A DNA stretch of 64,000 bases from Candidatus Multivoradales bacterium (lineage in GTDB: Bacteria > Acidobacteriota > Thermoanaerobaculia > Multivoradales > J023): the NCBI GenBank assembly GCA_965248925.1, contig CBDFLE010000006.1:3520001-3584000 (forward strand). Reading direction: 5' to 3'. Position 1 is the stretch's first letter; every line of letters begins with the position of its first letter. The notes under the pieces were generated by a model. That model worked only from the letters and a program-made list of their open reading frames with translations. It made no database searches and was not told the origin of the DNA. The translations under genes were made by a program, and so were the position numbers. Shown one piece after another: positions 57,318 through 64,000 of the stretch.

Positions 57318-58382
57318 GTGCTCTTCTCTCGATCCAAAGGCGTGGTCGGCCTGGATATAGGCAGCGCCACCGTGAAGCTCGTTGAACTGCGCGAGCGCAA
57401 GGGCGGCCAGTTCACTCTGCAGCGTCTCGGCGTCGAGCCGCTGTCTCCAGAGGCCATCGTCGATGGCGCGATCATGGACTCGTCGTTGGTCGTCGATGCC
57501 ATCCAGAAGCTCTCTGACCAAACCGGGGTGAAGAACAACAACTTCGGCACCTCGGTCTCCGGCCACTCGGTGATCATCAAAAAGATCGAGCTGCCGAGCA
57601 TGGAACCCGATGAGCTGGCGGAATCGATTCAGTGGGAAGCGGAGCAGCACATCCCCTTTGACATCAACGACGTGCGGCTGGACTACGTGACTTTGTCCGA
57701 GGACGAGCCGGGGCGCGAGAACATGGAGGTGCTGCTGGTCGCGGTCAAGCGCGAGAAGGTCAACGACTACGAGTCGGTGATCTCCCAGAGCGGTAAGTCG
57801 CCCATCATTGTCGATGTCGATGCCTTCGCCATCCAGAATGCCTACGAGCTCAACTACGACCTTGACCCGCTAAAATCTGTGGCGCTGGTCAACATGGGCG
57901 CCGGGGTCACGAACCTGAACATCGTCGCTCGCGGGCAGAGCGTCTTTTGGCGCGATATTTCGTTCGGTGGCAACCAATTCACCGAAGCCTTGCAGCGCGA
58001 ATTTAACCTCTCTTTCGACCAGGCCGAACTGCTGAAACGCGGCGAGTCGGTGGGTAGCTACACGGTCAGTGATGCCCGCAAGGTGCTCGATAAGGTCTCG
58101 AACGAAATGGCCAACGAGGTGCAGAAGACATTTGACTTCTTCGGCGCCACCTCTTCGGAAGGGCCGGTGGAGGAGCTGGTTCTATCTGGGGGTTGCAGCC
58201 TGACTGTCAATTTGCAAGAAGTCTTGCGCGAGCGTTTCGGTGTGCCCACCGAGCGGCTCAACCCATTCCGCAGAATCAACTTTCGCGATAGCGACTTCAA
58301 CCGCGACTGGCTCGAATCGATCGCCCCGATGTTGGCGGTGGCGGTCGGCTTGGCGATCCGCAGAGTGGGGGACTGGTCGTAA
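57318..58382 (+). CDS. pilM: Type IV pilus assembly protein PilM
   Basis: GLDIGS..VKLVEL, EAEQHIPF, DVD.FA and LSGG motifs. Confidence 0.95.
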   Translation: MLFSRSKGVVGLDIGSATVKLVELRERKGGQFTLQRLGVEPLSPEAIVDGAIMDSSLVVDAIQKLSDQTGVKNNNFGTSVSGHSVIIKKIELPSMEPDELAESIQWEAEQHIPFDINDVRLDYVTLSEDEPGRENMEVLLVAVKREKVNDYESVISQSGKSPIIVDVDAFAIQNAYELNYDLDPLKSVALVNMGAGVTNLNIVARGQSVFWRDISFGGNQFTEALQREFNLSFDQAELLKRGESVGSYTVSDARKVLDKVSNEMANEVQKTFDFFGATSSEGPVEELVLSGGCSLTVNLQEVLRERFGVPTERLNPFRRINFRDSDFNRDWLESIAPMLAVAVGLAIRRVGDWS

Positions 58383-59002
58383 TGATTAGGATCAACCTAC
58401 TATCGGAAGGCCGGCGTCCGGTCGTCGCTCGGCGCAGCCGGTCATCACTGAGCCTGGGTGGCCAGGACCCCAGCGCCTACCTGCTGGTTGGTGGCCTGAT
58501 TCTCGGTCTGCTGGCCGGCGGCATCTACTGGTTCATGCTGCATGGCGAGATCAAGGACAAGGACCGCAGTATCGGCACCGCCCAGCGCGAATACGATGAG
58601 CTGCGGACCTACATCGAAGAGGTAGAAAAGTACGAGGTGCAGAAGGCCGAGCTGAAGCGCAAGGTCGACGTGATCGGAGAGCTGCGCAGCAAACAGCGCG
58701 GGCCGGTGCATGTGATGGACGAGGTCTCACGGGCGCTGCCGGAGTTGGTCTGGCTGGAGTACATGGACATCACTGGCAACACGGTGACTCTGCGGGGTCG
58801 AGCCTTCAACACCAACGCGGTAGCCACTTTCCTTGAGAACCTGAGCCGGGTGGCTGAGTTTAAAGAACCAGCGTTGCGAGATCTGCCAGCCGACCGGTCC
58901 ACCGACACCTACTCGTTCAAGCTCTTGTTCAACTACGCTTTCAAGTCTGCAATCCCGGTCGACGGTGACGAGGCCGATGCAGACAGTGACTCGCGGTCGT
59001 AG
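58382..59002 (+). CDS. pilN: Type IV pilus assembly protein PilN
   Basis: IRINLL N-terminus, TM helix, coiled coil, PE.VWL. Confidence 0.92.
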   Translation: MIRINLLSEGRRPVVARRSRSSLSLGGQDPSAYLLVGGLILGLLAGGIYWFMLHGEIKDKDRSIGTAQREYDELRTYIEEVEKYEVQKAELKRKVDVIGELRSKQRGPVHVMDEVSRALPELVWLEYMDITGNTVTLRGRAFNTNAVATFLENLSRVAEFKEPALRDLPADRSTDTYSFKLLFNYAFKSAIPVDGDEADADSDSRS

Positions 59003-59026
59003 CGGACGGTCTGCGGGAGGCTAACG

Positions 59027-59614
59027 ATGGCTATTGAAACAGGTCTAGAAGGCAAGCCGGTTTGGATCGCGGCTCTGATCGCGGTGGTGCTCGGGGTTGG
59101 CCTCTTCTTTATCGGCAACTTTGTTTGGTTCGAAGACATGCGGAGCAGCATCGAGGCCAAAGATGCCAAGTTGCAAGACTTACAGCAGAAAATCATCGCC
59201 GGGCGGGCCGCCAAGAGTCGTTTGCCGCAGTTTCGCGAAGAGGTTCGTCGCCTGGAACTCGACCTGGGCCGCTTGCTCAAAATTTTGCCGACTCAGCGCA
59301 AGACCGAAGATCTGCTGCGCCGCTTCCGCGACCTGGGTGAGGAAGGTGATTTGAATCTGGTTCGCTTGACGCCGGCCAACCCGACACCGGTGGATTTCTA
59401 CAGCGAATGGCCGATTCGGATGTACCTCGAGGGTACTTACCATGAGTTGGCTCTTTTCCTCGATCGCATCAGTCAGCTGCGGCGGATCATCAACGTCGAG
59501 AATCTAAAGATTCGCATCAAGAAGCAGGTTGATCACCACACGATTTCGTCAGACTTCATCGCCAAGACCTTCATTTACAACGACCCCGAAGCGGCGGACG
59601 AGGAGGAGCTGTGA
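59027..59614 (+). CDS. pilO: Type IV pilus assembly protein PilO
   Basis: TM helix, coiled coil, FY.E.PI...G.YH.L..F...I..L.RIINV motif. Confidence 0.92.
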   Translation: MAIETGLEGKPVWIAALIAVVLGVGLFFIGNFVWFEDMRSSIEAKDAKLQDLQQKIIAGRAAKSRLPQFREEVRRLELDLGRLLKILPTQRKTEDLLRRFRDLGEEGDLNLVRLTPANPTPVDFYSEWPIRMYLEGTYHELALFLDRISQLRRIINVENLKIRIKKQVDHHTISSDFIAKTFIYNDPEAADEEEL

Positions 59615-60165
59615 GCACACCCCGAAGTAGTCGCGAGCGCTACATCGGCCATCGCTGGTTAGCGGTGCCGGTGTTGGCTGTGATATTGATGCTCTGGGCG
59701 CCGCTCTCGCTCGCTCAGGACGAGGATTACGTCCCGGAAGAGCTGGAAGAGCAGGGAGAGGGCGTCGTCGACCTGAGTGTAATAGACGAAATCTTGGCCC
59801 GAGACGAAGAAGTGCTGTCGAGCCCGGGTCTCTACAACTACGATCCCGGCGCCAGGCGAGACCCTTTCCGTTCGCTGATCCAGAGTACGGAAGAGGATGA
59901 GGAAGTCGGAAAGCGCCCAGATGGGATCGCTGGTCTACTGATCGACGACATCGAACTCGAGGGGGTCTACGTGACCGCTTCAGGGCCGGTGGCGCAGATC
60001 GCCTCGGCGCAGCAGGAAGCGAGCTTTTTGCTGCGTCCAGGTGATCAGTTGTGGGATGGCGACGTAGTCGACATCTCTATGGGTGGGATCGTCTTCAAGC
60101 AGTCGGTCAACGATCCGACCGCCTTGAGACCTTTTCGGGATGTCGTCAAGAAACTGAATCCGTAG
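59611..60165 (+). CDS. pilP: PilP-like protein
   Basis: Y.P..RRDPF motif; position between pilO and pilQ. Confidence 0.75.
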   Translation: MSTPRSSRERYIGHRWLAVPVLAVILMLWAPLSLAQDEDYVPEELEEQGEGVVDLSVIDEILARDEEVLSSPGLYNYDPGARRDPFRSLIQSTEEDEEVGKRPDGIAGLLIDDIELEGVYVTASGPVAQIASAQQEASFLLRPGDQLWDGDVVDISMGGIVFKQSVNDPTALRPFRDVVKKLNP

Positions 60166-60199
60166 CTGCCAACACTGACTGGAAAACGGTCGGAGGCGA

Positions 60200-62965
60200 G
60201 TGAAGATGGGAGATCACATCGATATGCGAGAACATGGCAGCAAGGCGTTAGTGGCGTCATTGGCCGTGCTCTTGGTCGCGCTGGGGACCGGCTGTGCCTC
60301 GGCGCCCAGCCAAACTGCTGCAGCGGCGAGCCAACCTTCGGGCAGCGCCGTCGCTGCCTTTCAGGTGTCGACGCCAGCGGTGATCCGCTCCCTCGACCTT
60401 GAGGTCGGTGAGGTCGGTGCGGTCTTGGTGCTCACCGCCGATCGGTCGCCGGTGTGGACGACCTACCGCGACAGCGAGGGCCATCTGGTGGTGGAGCTGC
60501 CGAACAGCATTCCCGGTGCTACGGTGTCGGATCTGAGTTCAGCGACGGGTCTGCTGGCGGCGGTTGGTGTCGAGACTTTCGAGGATTCTGAGCGTCCGTT
60601 GACACGCTTGGTCTTGCGCACCCGAGGCGAGTCCGAACATGCTCTGACCACTGATGGTGGTCAGTTGCGAGTCCAGCTGTTGCCGTTGGGCTATGACGCG
60701 CCGACTCAGCCGAGTCAGGTGGCTACTTACGAACCGCTGGCTGATGAGCCAAGTTTGAATTCGCCTTCCGCGGAGCCCGAAGCGCCGGTAGAAGTTGCCA
60801 ATCTTGAGCCGGTTGATGCCCAGTCAAAGCCCCCCCAGATGGTCTACTTCGGAACTCCCGAAGCGCCGTTGAGCGGCCCGGAGCCGGAGGGCATTCCAGC
60901 ATCGCGGTTGCGCAGTATCGAGGTCTATCAGGATGGCGATGAGACCGTGGTCGAGATTCTCGGCGATGGCGAGTTCGCCTACTCCACCTTCAGGTTGGAG
61001 AGTCCCGAGCGCTTCGTTGTCGATCTGGACGGCGTAGTCAACACTAGCAATCGCTCTACTTTTACAGTAGAGACGGCTGTACTCGATCAGGTCCGGGTGG
61101 GCCAATTCAAGTTGCGGCCGGATCCGGTATCGCGGGTGGTTTTCGACCTCTCGGACTTTCATCCGCCACGCATGCAGGCCTTGGCCAATGGTCTGCGAGT
61201 GAGCTTTGGCTCGACGCCGCTCGCCGCCGCGGCGGTCGAGGCAGTCGAGGTGGTCGCCGAGACTTCGGAACCCGTCGTCGCGAGGGTAGCCGAGGTCGAG
61301 GAGCTGCCAGCGGCACAGCCACCAGTGATCGAAGAAGTGGCGGTGCCGCCGCCAGCGGTGGTGGTCGAGCGCTTGCCGGCTGAGGATGCTACCGAAACCC
61401 TGTCAATGCCCACTGATTCAGCGCCATCGCGGATGGAGCCTGAACCAGCTGTTGTCGAGGTTGCCGTGCCGGAATCGGTCGCCACTGGCGACGCGCCGGT
61501 CGACTCCGTGCCCTCGATTGCGCCAGCGATGGTGGCGCAACCGGTGGAACAAGTGCCAATCGACTCGGTGCCGGCGTACCAGCCGGCGACCCTGGCGAAC
61601 GAACCTGTCGAGATGGCACAGCAGGTACCGATCCGTGACGTCGCTCGGTTCGAAGCGCAGCAAGTAGAGGTGCGTGACGGTCGGCAGACCAGCGAGCCCG
61701 ATCTAACTCAGTTCGACGAGCTTATCGTCAGTCGGCAGCGTCGCAGTTACACCGGTGAACCGATCAGCTTGACCCTGCGCAATGGCGATTTGGTCGAGAC
61801 CCTGCGCACCTTCGCTCGCATTAGCGGGCTCAATTTCGTCATTCAGCCGGGTGTTACCGGCAGCGTGACCGTCGAACTCAACGAAGTTCCCTGGGATCAG
61901 GCGATGGAGCAGATCCTCAAGATTAATAATCTGGGGATGGAGATCGACGGCACCATCGTTCGAATCGCGCCGATGATTCAGCTGCGGGCCGAAGCCCAAG
62001 AGCAGGCAGAGTTGGTCCGCGCTCGTGCCGCCACCGTGCCCTTGCGGACGGTGATGCGCAGTGTCAGTTATGGAGATGCAGCCGCTATTTCCGCTCTGCT
62101 GCGAAACCGCACCGGCTCGCTGCTCAGCAACCGCGGCACGGTGCAGGTCGACCGGCGCACCAACACCCTGATCATCCGCGAACTGCCATCCAACGTCGAT
62201 ACCGTGCTGGCGGTGATCGACAACCTCGATACTCCCGAGCCGCAAGTCACCATCGAGGCGAGGATTATCGAAGCCACCAAGCAGTTCGGCCGTACGCTCG
62301 GCATCCGCTGGGGCTTTGATGGTGTGGCCGATGCCGCCCACGGCAATACGACCGGCTTGGAGTTTCCCAACAACATCGATACCACAGGCGGGGTGGCTCT
62401 GTTGACCGGCGGTGCCAACGGCTTCTTGGATCTGACGTTGGGCAATATCCTCAACACCTTTTCCCTAGATGCCAGAATCCAGGCGGCCGAGGACGAAGGT
62501 CTGGCCAATGTCATCTCGGCGCCGCGGATCACCACTCTCAACAACGAGCGCGCGTCGATCCAGAGTGGTTTGCAGATTCCAATTCAGACGACTTCTAACA
62601 ACACCGTCGCGGTGCAGTTTATTAATGCCACTTTGCAGCTCTCGGTGACTCCCCATGTCACCGCCGAAGGCACCGTGTTACTCGACATCGACATCGCCAA
62701 GCGCGAGCCGCAGCTGGCTTTCGCGATCGTCGGCGCCACCAACGCGCCGATTGCCACCAAAGAGGCTCAGACCAAGGTCATCGTCCGCGATGGCGGCACG
62801 GTGGTTATCGGTGGTATCTACGAAGTCACCAGCAATCAGAACCAGGGACGGGTCCCAGGCTTGGCTAACATTCCAATCCTCGGTCACTTGTTCAAGAACC
62901 GCAGTCGCGACGATACCAACGAAGAGCTGATGATCTTCATCACGCCGCGTATCGTGCAGATGTAG
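60200..62965 (+). CDS. pilQ: Type IV pilus secretin PilQ with AMIN domains and a Pro/Glu-rich linker
   Basis: P.RFVVDL AMIN motif, YTGEPISL, VPWDQA, QV.IEARI.E and ELMIFITPRIV motifs. Confidence 0.95.
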   Translation: MKMGDHIDMREHGSKALVASLAVLLVALGTGCASAPSQTAAAASQPSGSAVAAFQVSTPAVIRSLDLEVGEVGAVLVLTADRSPVWTTYRDSEGHLVVELPNSIPGATVSDLSSATGLLAAVGVETFEDSERPLTRLVLRTRGESEHALTTDGGQLRVQLLPLGYDAPTQPSQVATYEPLADEPSLNSPSAEPEAPVEVANLEPVDAQSKPPQMVYFGTPEAPLSGPEPEGIPASRLRSIEVYQDGDETVVEILGDGEFAYSTFRLESPERFVVDLDGVVNTSNRSTFTVETAVLDQVRVGQFKLRPDPVSRVVFDLSDFHPPRMQALANGLRVSFGSTPLAAAAVEAVEVVAETSEPVVARVAEVEELPAAQPPVIEEVAVPPPAVVVERLPAEDATETLSMPTDSAPSRMEPEPAVVEVAVPESVATGDAPVDSVPSIAPAMVAQPVEQVPIDSVPAYQPATLANEPVEMAQQVPIRDVARFEAQQVEVRDGRQTSEPDLTQFDELIVSRQRRSYTGEPISLTLRNGDLVETLRTFARISGLNFVIQPGVTGSVTVELNEVPWDQAMEQILKINNLGMEIDGTIVRIAPMIQLRAEAQEQAELVRARAATVPLRTVMRSVSYGDAAAISALLRNRTGSLLSNRGTVQVDRRTNTLIIRELPSNVDTVLAVIDNLDTPEPQVTIEARIIEATKQFGRTLGIRWGFDGVADAAHGNTTGLEFPNNIDTTGGVALLTGGANGFLDLTLGNILNTFSLDARIQAAEDEGLANVISAPRITTLNNERASIQSGLQIPIQTTSNNTVAVQFINATLQLSVTPHVTAEGTVLLDIDIAKREPQLAFAIVGATNAPIATKEAQTKVIVRDGGTVVIGGIYEVTSNQNQGRVPGLANIPILGHLFKNRSRDDTNEELMIFITPRIVQM

Positions 62966-62985
62966 GAAGGCTCAGGAGGTCTAAC

Positions 62986-63528
62986 GTGAAGATCCTCGGA
63001 TATGTGATGTTAGTCGCTAGCGCGCTGGTGTCGGTGAGCTGTGAAGAGCGCACTGACCAGACCGATTCTGGTGGTGTGCTGCTCACCGTGGAGTTTGTGG
63101 ACACCACGACCACGGTGTCGGTCAATGCCACGCCGCAGCTGCGGATCGAGACCATGGAGGTCAACAGCACGGTCGCCGATCCCAATGGCATCTCCAGCTC
63201 GTTGATGGATGTCGAGATCAGCGGCTACGAGGTGACCTTCGAGCGTATCGACGGGGGTACTCGGGTACCGCCGTCGTTGGTGCGCAACCTGGTTTCGCTG
63301 GTGCCGGTGGGTGGCACGCTGACGCTGAGCAACTTTCCGATTATGACCTTCGACCAGATGCGCACCCCGCCGCTGTCGGATCTGCTGTTCGCCAACGGTG
63401 GCTTCGACAAAGAAACCAACAGCACGACGATCACCTTGGATGTCTACATTCGGTTCTTCGGCAAGACCCTGAGTGGTAAAGACGTCTCCAGTGTGGCGAC
63501 GGCTCAGACCACGGTCTTCACCCAGTAA
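62986..63528 (+). CDS. Hypothetical lipoprotein downstream of pilQ
   Basis: AGGAGG RBS; VSC lipobox; beta-rich composition. Confidence 0.8.
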   Translation: MKILGYVMLVASALVSVSCEERTDQTDSGGVLLTVEFVDTTTTVSVNATPQLRIETMEVNSTVADPNGISSSLMDVEISGYEVTFERIDGGTRVPPSLVRNLVSLVPVGGTLTLSNFPIMTFDQMRTPPLSDLLFANGGFDKETNSTTITLDVYIRFFGKTLSGKDVSSVATAQTTVFTQ

Positions 63529-63595
63529 CGCGAGCATCGCGAGAGTAATTTTTGTCGTTCGAGAGAAGATCAAGCTCCAGCTCGGGAGAGTTGCC

Positions 63596-64000
63596 ATGAA
63601 AAGGTTCATCAAGACATCGAAATTCTCGGTAGCGGCAGGTCTGCTGCTGGTCCTGCTGCTCAGTGCCTGTAGCGCCGACTCTCCAACGGCGCCGGAGCGC
63701 ACCCCACCACCCAGTGGCGGTGGCGGTGGCGGAACGGCTCCGACTGCTTGGTCGATCAGCGTTGCGGCAAGTCCAAATCAAGTGACAGTGGTGCCCGAGT
63801 CCACGCTGACAGCCAATGTCACGGTGACAGTCCGGCGCACCAGTGACGGTGCCGTGCCGCCGGACGGTACGACAGTCGTCCTCGGCACCACCTCCGGGCA
63901 ACTGACCAGCTCGCTGGGTACCGGCGGGGCGGTAGCGACCGCCTTGACCGGCGGAGTTGGCGGTGCCACCTTGGTCGCTTCTGCTGTTGCCGTGGGGACG
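63596..64000 (+). CDS. Partial lipoprotein with probable Ig-like domain (runs off the window)
   Basis: ATG 63596 gives MKRFIKTSKFSVAAGLLLVLLLSACSADSPTAP...; open to the window end; GGAG RBS. Confidence 0.7.
   Translation, partial: MKRFIKTSKFSVAAGLLLVLLLSACSADSPTAPERTPPPSGGGGGGTAPTAWSISVAASPNQVTVVPESTLTANVTVTVRRTSDGAVPPDGTTVVLGTTSGQLTSSLGTGGAVATALTGGVGGATLVASAVAVGT

Overview
A GC-rich bacterial chromosomal window. Its gene content (duplicated orphan ABC permease, Oar-type TonB-dependent receptor, IPTL-CTERM-like sorted protein, split pntA) suggests Acidobacteriota, possibly Thermoanaerobaculia; this taxonomy is inferred. Housekeeping genes include polB, tdh-kbl, pntAA/AB/B, ggt, rel and pilMNOPQ. 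Accessory content includes a complete four-gene Wadjet (TIGR02677/78/80/79, jetABCD) operon that sits between an OmpR-family two-component system and a spondin-domain gene. Those two flanking loci share phased TCAC-N7-TCAC boxes upstream. The best candidate for an uncharacterised system is a three-gene unit (44764-48810): an asparagine-synthetase-like ligase lacking the glutaminase Cys, a RaSEA-like radical SAM enzyme and a flavin-dependent halogenase-like protein. Next to it are a candidate small RNA and a second radical SAM enzyme with non-canonical Cys spacing. Also present are a frameshifted PIN toxin, a decayed transposase fragment, two REP/REPIN-like palindromic elements and a large repeat-expanded extracellular nuclease. 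No CRISPR array, rRNA or tRNA was seen. All family calls come from motif recognition by eye, not from database searches.
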